From NCBI RefSeq assembly GCF_001194135.2, contig NC_068981.1:14156536-14198477 (forward strand): 41,942 nt of DNA. Reading direction: 5' to 3'. The position numbers were made by a program, and so were the translations under genes. The first letter of the stretch is position 1, and each line of letters starts with the position of its first letter. The notes beneath the pieces are model-generated. The model was given only the letters and a program-made list of their open reading frames with translations. It was not told the DNA's origin and did no database searches. This document shows positions 24,537-38,600 of this stretch, in pieces. Origin of the DNA: Octopus bimaculoides. Its lineage: Eukaryota.

Positions 24537-24787
24537 TTGGTCCTAGAAATTTCCCCCACGAGGCAAAAGTTCAGGAATGCATACCAGTCTCCTCTCTCCA
24601 CGTCACAAGGGAATGCAAAAGCTGATATATCTTGGAACCACTGACATCACAACTCATTTCTACAGATGAGTGAACTGAAGCAACGGGAAACAAAGTGTCT
24701 TGTTCAAGAACACGACACATAGCCCTTCGAGGAATCGAACTCACTACCAAAAGCTTGTGAGTCCGACGCTCCAGCCACAGAGCCAAT
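24537..24787 (-). mobile_element. CORE-type SINE (family D)
   Basis: Minus strand: A-box-like TGGCTCTGTGG, B box GAGTTCGATTCC, then GTGTTCTTGAACAAGACACTT...GCTTCAGTTCACTCATCTGTAGAAATG, matching the CORE domain known from MIR-type SINEs. Confidence 0.85.
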
Positions 24788-25010
24788 CATCTCAGGAGGA
24801 AACTAAGTTACCCTGTGATTAAAAATTTCTACCCTTAGCAGCCACAGTATTTTCAAGTATGAGTGAAATTAATAGAGCTCTATTTTGGTTTGGTGTATAA
24901 TATCAACAAAATACACAGGAATACTTATAAAATTAGTCCACATGCTATTATCGTCTTTATCGTATTATCGTATTGTCCATTTTTTTTTTATATAGACACA
25001 GCGCGAATTT

Positions 25011-25108
25011 AACTGTCGATTACATCGTACCAGTACACAACTGGGGTTTATTTTATTGCCACTGCTTATTTTATTGCCACTAAAATGACGAAAGCAAAGA
25101 CAACCTCA
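25011..25108 (-). mobile_element. SINE family B fragment
   Basis: GTCGATTACATCG..CCAGTACACAACTGG...AAAGCAAAGACAACCTC, with a local TTTTATTGCCACT duplication. Confidence 0.65.
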
Positions 25109-26593
25109 AATAAGTATATATGGTATTTTAATAAGCATTATTTGTTACACAGTTTTACAAATCACCATCCAGGCTGTTTCGGAAAGGATATATATATCAC
25201 AGTATACTTATAACAAAAAAATAAGCTTCCTCTATAGAAAGTAGGTTAGTACATGTGTACAAAATCATTTGGTATCGACATGAATTGAAACTAACTGAAT
25301 GTTACAATTAATTAAGCAGTTTCTTTCATTCAATTATAGTTTACTGTCGTGCTATTATGGTTCTAGCAGCACAGATAATAAAGGGGCTGGTAACAGAGAA
25401 ATGGTACAAATGAAACATGTTAAAAACACCGAGGAAAATTACATTATTGTTGTGTCCTTAATTATTCGTCTAGATACATTTGCTTTTTGATCAATAGTAA
25501 CATCAGGCGTTATTTTGAATCAAAAGTAATGACAGGGTTTGTTACAACAGTATAACTCCATGTTAATTCGCATTGAACAAGTCTAAGACACATAAGTATT
25601 GAACCGAAAGACTAGGTGCGACCCAGTTACTTTTTGTTCTAGTTATGCATGGAAAAACTTAAGTCAAAATTGCCTTAAATAATTTAATTCACAAAGTAAC
25701 CATTTCTGACGAACTAACGCCCACATTAATATGTTAGTAAATGATACATTTGTTATTTTATTGATTTTGATTCAATATGCAAAGGTCAGACAAGAGACAA
25801 TACAAACACAATAGTTAATTTCTGAAATGGTGATACTCAATAATTGTATTTAAATTCGATATTAAACAACATGCTATGATTCTATGATCAGCTTCACTTC
25901 CAACCCCCAAAACATAAATTGAATTTTGTTTCAACACAGACGCGGCTACAGAAGAGTGTTATTGCTTCAAAATTACCTCCCAGGGAATAAAGAACCAAAA
26001 AATAATCAATCAATAGTCTTAGGTAAATTGTATTATGTAACAATTAGGCTTTGTGTCCTACATTTCTTAATAACATTAAGCTTGTTGTGAGGAGTTAAAT
26101 ATTTCTCGTCGAATCAAATTAAAATTGAGTGGACTTTGATTGACCTTAGGATATTAGAGAATTTTAAATTCATTAGAGTTAAACTAATATTAGTTTTAGG
26201 CTACTATTAGTTTGAAAGAAATACTTTTTACTAATATTAAGATTAGATTCAATACTAAAAAAATATTGATTAACATATTCACAAGGGAACTAATTTATAG
26301 AATACTACTTTCCGTAAACTTAATTTTTGGAATGAAAAGAGAAAAAAATCAAATTTAAAGAGAAAAGAAAATCAAGCATTCTGAGGTTAGCCTATTTCTG
26401 TTAACGAGGTGTATTATTTATGGTCAGCAAAGACAGTTCCCCATGGGGATTATAAAATTAACAAATGAATTAATATTTGATAAAAACATAAGGTTTTATG
26501 ATAAGAAATCAGTTATATATGTCAATTAATTTCGGATCATAAACAATTACACAGTAAAAAGTCGCTCCTGTATTGATTGCGACTGCTGTATCG

Positions 26594-26976
26594 TTGTTGG
26601 CACTCCGTCGCTTACGACGTCGAGGGTTCCAGTTGATCCGATCAACGGAAGAGCCTGCTCGTGAAATTAACGTGCAAGTGGCTGAGCACTCCACAGACAC
26701 GTGTACCCTTAACGTAGTTCTCGGGGAGATTCAGCGTGACACAGTGTGACAAGGCTAACACTTTGAATTACAGGCACAACAGAAACAGGAAGTAAGAGTG
26801 AGAGAAAGTTGTGGTGAAAGAGTACATCAGGATTCGCCACCATCCCCTGGCGGAGCCTCGTGGAGCTTTATGTGTTTTCGCTCAATAAACACTCACAACG
26901 CCCGGTCTGGGAATCGAAACCGCGATCCTATGACCGCGAGTCAATTGCCCTAACCACTGGGCCATTGCGCCTCCTC
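26594..26976 (-). mobile_element. tRNA-headed SINE family C, full length, 10-bp TSD
   Basis: Minus-strand head GGAGGCGCAATGGCCCAGTGG / GGTTTCGATTCC and short AAC tail. TSD GCTGTATCGT at 26585-94 and 26977-86. Confidence 0.96.
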
Positions 26977-28546
26977 GCTGTATCGTATAACGTAATAAAA
27001 AGTTTAGTGGTATATCTACGTTTCAGCAACTGACATAATTTCATTGCATCACAGTCTAGATGTGTATTCTTAAAGCGATATCTTGACAGCAATTCCACGA
27101 TGTAACTACTTCACCTTTGGACAGGCAATTTCTAATGACTTAACAATCAAACAAGCAAATTAGAGCGCAACTTTTTTCCCGCCAACTAATATTGGAGGGC
27201 AATATTTCAAATTTCAAACATTAATTAAAGGCCAAGGATAAATTCTATTTTGAACAAAGAAAAGATACTACTATGTAGTCTAGTAATATTATAACCTAAC
27301 CGGTATTAATTGTATCGATTCTTCGAATTTAACATTTCCATATAAATATAGATGTCTGTAAGATGTCGCCAACTAGTGACAGTTTTGGCCTTTTATATAG
27401 TTGAGGCGGACATACAACTGTCTCTGGGGTCTACTTGTCATATCCTTTGCGTCAGGCGAACGGTATATGAATTGTTTCAGTTTCTCCAGTCATCGATCGA
27501 TCCGTCGATCCAACCAACCATTAATCCATCCATTTATCCACCCATACATGTATGTACATATACCTATCTCCCAGCCTAGCTATATTTCTCAATTACCTAC
27601 ACACTTATATACACTTATTTATCTCTTATTTATCTCTATACACATATACAGGTATGTTCTATACAAACTTTACTTATAAGCATTTTATTTGTATCTTAAT
27701 ATTCCATTTTACAAATTGCTAAGCATCCTTTTATAAAACAGTTAACGGTTATAGCCATTTAGAAACACCTTAATACATATCGATATTTATATTTAACGAG
27801 AATGAGATCAAATGATAATTTTACATCTTTTTATTTAAGTATTTTCCTTCATCTCATCTTTCATTTCATTTATCATTCAACCACCCTCATTTCAGCTTTA
27901 TAGGGTTGGTCATTTCCCAAGATCTTAATGTTAGGTATTGCAAAATGATCTTAGGTTAACACACGTTATCGCATATAGTTCTTTCCCATTGGAAATATTG
28001 ATAATTGCAGGTAAATTTCCACAATCCCCATAAAATCTATTATACATGCCAATTTCTTTTAAATTATATTTTGTTTCCGATAGCCGACACTAGACTGCCA
28101 GCGGTATGTGCAGACAGTTTATTCAAGCCCAGGCCACATTGTACTAGTATAGTGAATAACTCGTCTATTTGCTTTGAGGGTCGATAGGTATTGGTGTCAA
28201 AGTCACATTTGCATCCTCTTTGCAAAACAAGGGTATCAAATATCTCTTGTTTTTATTTTCGAGTGGGGCAACGCTGTTGGTTCATTATTTAAAATACCCG
28301 CTTAACATACATTTGTAGAAAATGTGTTGCCACAGTATTAGTTTGTCTCAGGTTACACTTTTCATTTTGAATAACAATCTGCTCAACACTTGGTTGGTTA
28401 TTCTGCAACCAATACTTCTCCATGTGTCATGATATGCCAAATGATACACTCTACGTATATCTTCATCTCAAATTCTGATGTCCTGTTCTGATGTGTATAT
28501 GCATGCATGTATTTATGTAAGTATGGTTGCGTATATACATTAATAA

Positions 28547-28547
<1 letters not shown>

Positions 28548-28600
<53 letters not shown>
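28548..28600. repeat. (TA)n microsatellite
   Basis: Direct inspection. Confidence 0.98.
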
Positions 28601-30284
28601 GTATGTATGTACGTGTGCGTTTATAAATAGTTGTGTGTGTATGCAAGTGTACACGTGTGTGTTTATCAGGAGATTCATTCATGCATTATACGAATAAAAT
28701 CATGTTTTAATAAAATAAAAATTATTTTCTTCGGAAGTATATGTTTATATCTTCTAATCATACATTGATATCCACATATCATACGAATATTATATTTGCA
28801 AATACAAATCTAATAAAATATTTCACAACCCAGCTTAATATAATCATTGAACATTTTTACTGAGTGTGCATTTAGAGGTATTATTATGTGTAATGAAGGA
28901 AGCTGTTATTAATGTATACGTTCTTTGGATTATCAACTAAACTTTGTAAACATTTAAACTTTATAATGCATCCTTATCATTCATCACAATCACAAAATGT
29001 ATCGGATCACCTTAAAGTGTGTGTTAAGGGGAATTATGCAATAACATACAGCGGCGGGAGAGCATGTGATAGAATAATAAGGTTAAAAGCAAACAAAATA
29101 ACAACATTAGTTGTGGTATATCTTTACTTCGAATCTACATTTCGAGCGTGAAATATATGTTATCACGATATTGAAGAAAGAATAACAAAATATTATCTGT
29201 AAATACGTGCTGTACAAATAAATAAAAATAAAAAAAATACTTAAATAAATAAAAACGAATTTTACTTTTATTAGAAAAAAAAAGGGCAATGTAATACCAA
29301 TGTGAGCAGAAATATAATAAAATAAGATAACTACAACACAAAGGGTTTGTAAATGGGTTTTAGAGGAAGCTCTATTAAATAAACATTAATTGCTATAATG
29401 TGTCAGTTTTTTAAAGATTTATGCATCCAATATCAGATAAATGGTGGATTATGATATTATATAAGGTTCTAATATGCACAAAATTATCATACTGGAAAGA
29501 ATACGGTAGTTTTGGAAGAATTTAAGGTAAATAAGTAAAACTTCAAAGTATATTATGGGATGGAGAAGGCATTTAATAATGATTAGAACTAGGACAAACA
29601 CTCACTGATCTAAAAGTTTTAAAAATATTTTGTATATAAAGTCATTACTGGAAACATTATGAAGAACACCAAAAGCCAATGATAATGAAGTCAACGTTTC
29701 AGTGAATATTAATATCTTTAGAACATTTCACATAATGATGAAGATATTGCAGTGAATTGCATTGAAATATGTGTTAATTATTCAGAAATTGAGACATTCC
29801 AAATATAAATCTAATTAATATACGTTACATGTTCTGTAGTTTCTTTTATATTTCGATTCGGTAAAATTAAACGCTAATTAGCGCTTCTATGATTACATAA
29901 CTCAATATCTATATTTACGCTATATAAGTATTCATTGATTAATGATGTCTCACAAGCGTTAATTTCCTATATACAATTTTGTTACTACACAAATCAACAG
30001 AAATTAGAATAATAACTTTTCTGCTCTTTCAGGGTTACAGACGAAGGGAGACAAGGCCCACCTTTCCAAAGCATATATTTCCTGATATTAGTTTACTGGG
30101 CTCTATAACGTGTTCCGGGACAATTTGAGAAGAAAGCTGTACATTTTCTTTTTAAGACACATGCTGTTTGAGCCTTGTTGTGAAATGTAAATATAAAGAT
30201 ATATTTTATACTGGGAGGAAAAAGCGAAATCGACCAGAATAGTTTCTACTTTGCGTTAAAGTTCATAAGCCCACGGAGAGATAA

Positions 30285-30671
30285 TTGTTGTTGGCACTCC
30301 GTCGCTTACGACGTAGAGGGTTCCAGATGATCCGATCAACGGAACAGCCTGCTCGTGAAATTAACGTGCAAGTGGCTGAGCACTCCACAGACACGTGTAC
30401 CCTTAACGTAGTTCTCGGGGATATTCAGCGTGACACAGTGTGACAAGGCTGGCCCTTTGAAATACAGGTACAACAGAAACAGGAAGTAAGAGTGAGAGAA
30501 AGTTGTGGTGAAAGAGTACAGCTGGGTTCGCCACCATCCCCTGCCGAAGCCTCGTAGAGCTTTATGTGTTTTCGCTCAATAAACACTCACAACGCCCGGT
30601 CTGGGAATCGAAACCGGGATCCTATGACCGCGAGTCCGCTGCTCTAACCACTGGGCCATTGCGCCTCCACT
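30285..30671 (-). mobile_element. SINE family C, full length, 12-bp TSD
   Basis: Near-identical to the 26.6 kb copy. TSD ACGGAGAGATAA at 30273-84 and 30672-83. Confidence 0.97.
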
Positions 30672-30804
30672 ACGGAGAGATAAATAGCAAGCCTAACCCT
30701 GTCAGTATCACTCACACACAGTGTACGTGTGAAGCACCTTGTGGTAACAGTGACAGACAGTGTAAGAGAAAGGGGCAGTCTGTATAGATAGACAGATTAA
30801 ATGA

Positions 30805-30935
30805 GAGAATGAAAACGAGAGGAAGAGTGAGAGAAAGGAAGATAGAGGAAGAAAGAAGGAGAAGAAGAAAGAAGGAGAGGAAGAGAGAGAGAGATGAAGA
30901 TAAAGATAGAGAGACAGAGGGAGGGGGAAAATAAA
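30805..30935. repeat. GA-rich low-complexity polypurine tract
   Basis: Direct inspection. Confidence 0.85.
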
Positions 30936-31879
30936 AGAGAACGTTTTAGAATTAAAAAGTAACTAGCTGTTATACGAGGAAAAGTTAGAAAAAAACTGAA
31001 AGATTCGGGAAAAGCAAACTGCAACAGATTTCTGTCGCCGTTCGTTTTATTCGGCTTCTAACAACTTCAAAGATGCAGTTGCTGTTGATGAAACTAGTAG
31101 GTTACTTTAGTTGTTAATCAATGTATTATGCGACGACCGAATGATAACCCATCAAAAAGAAGCAGGATGTAAGTGTAGATGAGAAAAAAAATAAAAGCTT
31201 TAAAAAAAGAAGAAAAAAAGGTACGAAACAAGCTGCTAGACGCGATAACATTGGATAAACGACAAAAGGGTTTGATGTTAGACAAGAAAGCGAAAAGTAG
31301 TTCGGAGCGGCAAAGTTGAGATAAGAGAAATAAATATTAAGACAATGCAGGAAGAAAAGAGCAAAGAATAGCGTGACAAATGCAGGCGCCTACAGAGAAT
31401 ATTCAAAACTATTAAGAAAATGTGACTAGCGTAGTTTTGGGTGTAAAATATGATTTAGTTTTATGATGAAATAATACAATCAAATACTCGCTTGTAACCT
31501 GTGAAAGAAATAAAACAAAATTAATGCCTACAAGGTGAATTCGGACAGAGTGCATAGAACAATACGTATAAAGGGATCTTATAAGTCATTTTTTTTTTTG
31601 CTTTAATCTAATTTTATTTTTAAGAGAGATGGAAATAATATTGTTCGTTCTTCTTCCATGTTTATTTCATCTCCCAGTAGATTAGAAAGAAAATGATTAC
31701 ATGAACTGTAGAGAAATGAGAATGATTGCAGTTGCAAAATGAACAAGAATTGAATATTCCAAAAGACTTTGCGCTAGTAAATTAAAAGAGTTGCCTTATT
31801 ATATGAACAATGCTACTTCTTTGAAAACATCGGGCAGCTTCCATATTGGTTGCCATCTAAGATGCACGGGTTTTACCAA

Positions 31880-32050
31880 AAGACAAAGAGACCTTGTCTG
31901 AACAGGTTCTCAGTGCATTACGCGTCAAGTCTCGAAGTGATCACAGAGCAACGTGAGGTGGAGTGTTTTGCTTAAGAACATACGGTGCCACTCGGTCTGG
32001 GAATTGAAATCGTGATCGCTAGATCGTGAGTGAAACACGCCAACTACTAG
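31880..32050 (-). mobile_element. Diverged CORE-type SINE (family D-like)
   Basis: Minus strand: GATTTCAATTCCCAGACCGAG B-box region, then TGTTCTTAAGCAAAACACTCCACCTCACGTTGCTCTG. Confidence 0.7.
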
Positions 32051-32251
32051 GCAACAAAGAGAAAAACGACGAAAAGTGCACTGAAAAATATGTGATGGTG
32101 GGGGGGGGGTTAAATAATTTGTGCTACCATATTGTGATATATGCAAGCGTTATTCAAAAACCCATAGACATACTGCTTGTGAAATTTCGAATAATGCATC
32201 TACACATTGCATAATATGAATGCATAGAAGTACACATACACACACGCACAC

Positions 32252-32897
32252 NNNNNNNNNNNNNNNNNNNNNNNNNNNNNNNNNNNNNNNNNNNNNNNNN
32301 NNNNNNNNNNNNNNNNNNNNNNNNNNNNNNNNNNNNNNNNNNNNNNNNNNNNNNNNNNNNNNNNNNNNNNNNNNNNNNNNNNNNNNNNNNNNNNNNNNNN
32401 NNNNNNNNNNNNNNNNNNNNNNNNNNNNNNNNNNNNNNNNNNNNNNNNNNNNNNNNNNNNNNNNNNNNNNNNNNNNNNNNNNNNNNNNNNNNNNNNNNNN
32501 NNNNNNNNNNNNNNNNNNNNNNNNNNNNNNNNNNNNNNNNNNNNNNNNNNNNNNNNNNNNNNNNNNNNNNNNNNNNNNNNNNNNNNNNNNNNNNNNNNNN
32601 NNNNNNNNNNNNNNNNNNNNNNNNNNNNNNNNNNNNNNNNNNNNNNNNNNNNNNNNNNNNNNNNNNNNNNNNNNNNNNNNNNNNNNNNNNNNNNNNNNNN
32701 NNNNNNNNNNNNNNNNNNNNNNNNNNNNNNNNNNNNNNNNNNNNNNNNNNNNNNNNNNNNNNNNNNNNNNNNNNNNNNNNNNNNNNNNNNNNNNNNNNNN
32801 NNNNNNNNNNNNNNNNNNNNNNNNNNNNNNNNNNNNNNNNNNNNNNNNNNNNNNNNNNNNNNNNNNNNNNNNNNNNNNNNNNNNNNNNNNNNNNNNN
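32252..32897. other. Assembly gap
   Basis: N run between (CA)n and (TA)n. Confidence 1.
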
Positions 32898-34913
32898 ATA
32901 TATATATATATATATATTTGCTATCTACGTATCCAGAATACATACAAAGTTGTATGTGGCAGATATGCTTAACAGCGCATTTCTTCTAGTCGGCTGCCAA
33001 ATAATGAAATATTACTTAATAACTTACTGACCCTCAAAACACCCCTACTCTGACTGGTTTGTATGAAATGGTCTGCATTCGTCGCCTCCTCAGTCTGCAT
33101 GTTTTTTCCTGCAACTACAATAACCTTTGCTTCTCTGAATTTACTAATATCCTACCACATACGTTCCAACCAACCTAGTTAACTTCCCTCTTCTCCTCGC
33201 AGACATATTATTTCTGCACTGAAGCACATTATTCATATCTTCGTGCAATTCTTTTTCCAACTCTTTAGAAACGCTCCCTTCAGTTCATGTTATACCAGTA
33301 ACATACAATTTGCACTTGGTTCGGGTTTCAAAATTTAAACAAATATATTTTACCTCAAATAGGTTTGCATCTTCTTCCTTCAAATTACATATTAACTATT
33401 TTTGAGATGTTATTAAACGCAAACGTGTATTCTATGCGATATATTTAGTTCTTTTATATATTTAAATTCGTATTTCCAAATTCTAATGAATGCAATTAGT
33501 TTTCATCAACCGCTTCCTATAATTATGGTTTAAACTGGCAGAGGGTGGCGAAGGCAACTTTATATATATGTCTTCTGCTAATGAAAATTATATTTTAAAA
33601 AACGACAAAACTGAGTAATGGATGATTATATATTAAATATTAATAAAAAAGAGTCTTTTGGAGTTTCATACCATATTTAGTAATTCTATAAAATGCAATA
33701 AATATGTTATCTTATTTCTAGAATTCCATTAAATTCTTAATTTCAGAATTAATACAATTTACATACAACTGTTGTGAAGATGAATATTATAAGAATATAA
33801 TATTTGTTGAAATAATTATTCATTTCAGGAAGTAAAGTTTAATTACATGCTAAGTAAATAGATGTTGGCACTGCCAATAATAAATTGCTATTGATTTGGT
33901 TAACAGGTAAAACGTTTGCTACTTTTAAATGTGAATTAATGTCTATTTTTTTTGTTATAGTTAAGAAGGGCTAACTTAATTAATATAGCGAGCCAAACAA
34001 ATCTTTAATCAATTAAAATTACGTCCTAAATAAAGAAAAATAAAGTAATTAGCATTAATAACAATTACTATCAAGAATATCAAATGAGACGACTCCGAAA
34101 TCCAAAGTAATTAAAAAAGTGAATGTCATAATAGTTTGCCAAACTCTGTGATGAAACGAAAGTTATTTTCTGGAGATCAACCCTCAGGAATTCAATAAAA
34201 GTTAATTTTCCAGTTTATCCAATAATTCTCACACTTCTTTTCAAGAATCAGTCTTTTTGTGAAACTTCTTTCAATTCCATTAAAACTATAGCAATTTCAT
34301 ACTTAATTTACAAATAAGAAACAAACACACGCACACACGAGAGAGAAAGGGGAGAAGTGACCAATAAAACAGAGTAATCGAGAAATATTAATATTGTGCT
34401 ACGACACGTTTCTCGTTACTGCCAACGTAACCCTTGCTCTTCATTTTTCACCGATCGATAAATCAAGCACTTATCAGATATTAAAGTTGTTATAGTAAAT
34501 TATAGTCTCTCCAATGATAAGTTTGTCGTATTATACCTATAGCAGATATCAAGGGGATTCTGGTATTACAACAACTAATAGGGCATTCATCCGTAATATT
34601 CTATACATAGCACCTGCGTCGCAGCTTAATCAAGAATAACCACGGTGAACCACGGTGAAGGTAAAACACTTATTAACAGGATTCACACATGTGGACTGCA
34701 AAGATGCTAAATCTAAGAAATTATAATAACGCAGAATTCCGAAAAAATATTATTTTATTCTTTGTAGTAATGGATGAATGCATAGAATATGTCTACGCGG
34801 GAGATGCATGTATATACATGTGTGTGAATGCGTATTTGCGTTTTTCTTTTTCACTGTGTATGTATGTGTGCGCTTGTTATGGCATATGTATATGTGTTTG
34901 TGACAGCACATAT

Positions 34914-35298
34914 CTTAGAGGCACTCTGTCGGTTACGACGTCGAGGGTTCCAGTTGATCCGATCAACGGAACAGCCTGTTCGTGAAATTAACGTGCAAGT
35001 GGTCGAGCACTCCACAGACACGTGTACCCATAACGTAGTTCTCGGGGAGATTCAGTGTGACACAGAGTGTGACAAGGCTGGTCCTTTGAAATACAGGTAC
35101 AACAGAAAGAGGAAGCAAGAGTGAGAGAAAGTTGCGGTGAGAGAGTACAGCAGGGTTCGCCACCATTCCCTGCGAGCGATGTGGAACTTTAGGTGTTTTC
35201 TCTCAATAAACACTCACAACGCCCGGTCTGGGAATCAAGACTGCGATCCTTCGATCGCGAGTCCGCTGTCCTAACCACTGGGCCATTGCACCTCCGCT
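34914..35298 (-). mobile_element. SINE family C, full length, 11-bp TSD
   Basis: Third copy, more diverged and without the AAC tail. TSD ACAGCACATAT at 34903-13 and 35299-309. Confidence 0.95.
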
Positions 35299-35630
35299 AC
35301 AGCACATATAAGAACTTCTGTAATCTAATATCTTGAGAACATATAAATTTATTTGTCTATTAAAAATTTAGTCTGTGGTTGTCAGGTACAATGACCAGTG
35401 ATAGACTGTTTTTTATTTGTGCAAGGTGAACCGTAGGCGTGTTTCATCTTGTTCTCGTTAGAATATCATACATTTATTAACATCATCTGTAATTATTAGA
35501 TACCGTACACTATAGATTGCGAAATACCAGTCTGTTCCAAAGTGCATTATCTTTACTTATTCGAATTTATGCCTATTTATCATCAACACCAGTTTAACTT
35601 TGTCTGGTTTCATATTACACAATTGTATTA

Positions 35631-36030
35631 CTCTCTTTACTCTTTTACTCTTTTACTTGTTTCAGTCATTTGACTGTGGCCATGCTGGAGCACCGCCTTT
35701 AGTCGAGCAAATCGACCCCGGGACTTATTCTTTGTAAGCCTAGTACATATTCTATCGGTCTATTTTGCCGAACCTCTTATTTACGGGGACATAAACTAAT
35801 TGCCAAGCAATGCTAGGGGGACAAACACAGAGAAACACTGACACATACACACACATATATACATATATACGATGGGCTTCTTTCAGTTTCCGTCTACGAA
35901 ATTCACTCACAAGGCTTTGGTCGGCTCGAGGCTATAGCAGAAGACACCTGCCCAAGATGCCACGCAGTGAGACTGAACCCGGAAGCATGTGGTTGGTAAG
36001 CAAGCTACTTACCACACAGCCACTCCTGCT
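35631..36030 (-). mobile_element. SINE family A, full length
   Basis: All family blocks present, with a (CTTTTA)n tail. Confidence 0.96.
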
Positions 36031-36037
36031 TATATAT

Positions 36038-36238
36038 AGGTTTAAAATTTTGGCACAAGGCCAGCAAGGTCGGAGTAAGTCGATTACATCTGCTCCAATG
36101 CTCAGCTGATACTTATATCGTCGACTCCGAAAAGCCGAAGCCGACCTTAGCAAAATTTGAGCTCTGAACGAAAGGCAGATGAAATGTCACTAAATATTTT
36201 GCCCAGCGCACTAGCGATTCTCCTAGCTGACCACCTTG
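36038..36238 (-). mobile_element. SINE family B, diverged
   Basis: AAATTTTGGCACAAGGCCAGCAA...GTCGATTACATC...CTAGCTGACCACCTT. Confidence 0.85.
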
Positions 36239-36888
36239 AATTAGATACCTATTGTACAATCATTATATACGACTGAGATTTAACAGGAAATATACTCTCA
36301 TTTCTGCAATTAGAATTAAATACAGTTGAAAGATTTATACAGCCACATTTTGGATTGTTTTCTCTTATATCGTTCCTTGCAGTTTTCCAGTTCAACCAAA
36401 ATGTTAATCGCATCGATCCACCCGAGTATAGAGGGGTGGGAAATTATGGTCCTTACTTCTGGCCAAATAGATAAAAAGATGATAACGATACAAGCGCATG
36501 ATAACGATATTAAGATTTAAATATCTTTGCATTGCAGACATCGCTTAAAGAAACTTATAACTGCTAAAAAAACAACATTTGAACATAGACAGAAAACAAA
36601 TATGCTGTTTCCGTGATTATAAAGATTTAAAACATAAGCAAATCATTAATATTCTAAGAAAAAGAGTCGCTATTTCTTCGACCATCTTAAATCCATGTTA
36701 ATTAGCCTCCACTGGTCCGTGTCAGATCGATGGCAATTCACTAGAAGCTCTCGTATGATTCTGTATTCCTACAAACATTTGAAATACTCACTAAAATATA
36801 TTTATTCTTAGATACTTTTTTTTATTTTTTAGCAAAATATAATATATAACATTATATTGCGCATATATATGCACTCACAATAATCAAT

Positions 36889-36923
<35 letters not shown>

Positions 36924-36944
36924 TATATGTATATATATATAGAT

Positions 36945-36954
36945 NNNNNNNNNN
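36945..36954. other. Assembly gap (10 N)
   Basis: N run within (TA)n. Confidence 1.
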
Positions 36955-36986
<32 letters not shown>

Positions 36987-38509
36987 ACACATATATATAT
37001 TTATATATAAATGTGTATATATATATGTATACATATACATATATACATACACACACAGACACACACACACACGCACACACGTGTTTGTATGTGTGAACGA
37101 AGTTACAAGCGAGGCACACAAAACGCATACATATACATCTACATACACAATACAATGTATACGAGGGTTCTTTTTTTTTTAAGACTGCTTTGGTGATATA
37201 AGTCGTATATACATATCTAAGTGATTAATAAATGGAAACTTCTCTATAGGTTTGTGAAAATTAGAACTCAGGCAATGATAGTTTATATGTACAAGTAAAT
37301 CAAAACTGAAACAATATTGAGCTGTTTTTCTGTTAATAATGACTTTCTAAATGGAAAAAATTTAACTGTAGTTTATAGATATTGACGTTGTATTTTGTTG
37401 TTTGGATGTTGCGGTAATGGCAGTGCTATTGTTCCGGCTCGTATTGTTGTACTTATAGTCGCTGAAAAGGCGAAGACATGACGCCAGTTTTGAAACATTA
37501 AAGTTATTATTTCGTATTTTATTGACTTCACATCTTTATTCTATTAAATAGAAGTGGTTGAATGCCGAAGTGGCTTTGTTTCTTATCTCTTTTCATTATA
37601 TATGTTTTTCAACGGTATGAATGAATGCACACATATACATACAAATACACAATCACACGCACGCAGAAATAATATAAATATTCATATATATGTATAAACA
37701 TAGTTATATGCATATATGTATACGTTTGTGTACTTATATACGTACATACATATACGTACACGCACGGATACACATACTTATATACACATGCATCCATATA
37801 TATATATATATTCGTTCAAGTATCATTCAGTATCTATATTACTTTGTCTTTTATAATATCACTAACTACCCGCCCGTATCTAAAGACGTTTTCATCATAT
37901 CGATTTATCTATTCTCAAAACCAAAATAATATACTTGATCATTGATAACAACTGACCATTGTTGATCCATTTCGATCTTATTAGACCTATAATTAAATAA
38001 ATGTACAAACACACACTCATATACATATATAGATATGTTTGTGTTTAAATATGTATACATCTGAACGTATCGAATAATGTGTATGAGAAATAATGTTACA
38101 ATATATTTACGAAGTACTTATTTATACTTATATGCGCTCAGTTTTTATTATCATCAGTCGTAACTACTGTGATTCAGGAACTGAATTTCTTTATAACTTG
38201 TAGAATAAGACACATTTATTATTTTATAAAATTTATATGATAACTGAGCTGTGTTAAAACACAAACACATATTCACTGACACACACACACACAAACATAA
38301 GCTATATATATATATACATATGAGCATGTTTGTGTGTTTGTAGGAAGCTGGTAATTTATATTGTCGCCTCTGAGTGTTTCCCCGAAAGAATTGTTCGTTC
38401 ATTCGAGCAGAAAATGTTTGGGTATAGACAGAGAGAATCACTTCAAACAAAATAAATATAATATACATCACTTACTGAATATTTTTCTCGCTTATAAACA
38501 AAATCATCA

Positions 38510-38513
<4 letters not shown>

Positions 38514-38583
<70 letters not shown>

Positions 38584-38600
38584 CGTGCGCACGCGCGTGT
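38514..38600. repeat. (TG)n ending in an alternating CG-containing tract
   Basis: Direct inspection. Confidence 0.98.

Noticed and set aside
25706-25752. CTGACGA-A-CTAAC/GTTAG-TAAA-ATG/CAT motif
   Set aside because: The essential G12 is T and stem I does not pair; plausible by chance in AT-rich DNA.
26900-26974. tRNA genes at SINE heads (all families)
   Set aside because: A and B boxes are present, but they run into SINE bodies with TSDs and I could not fold a full cloverleaf.
30033-30130. Good acceptor (TTTTCTGCTCTTTCAG) with a short open frame
   Set aside because: No donor and no recognisable product.
33050-33300. Possible RTE-LINE reverse-transcriptase C-terminal remnant on the minus strand (LKSWKK...LGWLERMW)
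   Set aside because: Too few matching residues, spread over several stops; needs a translated search.
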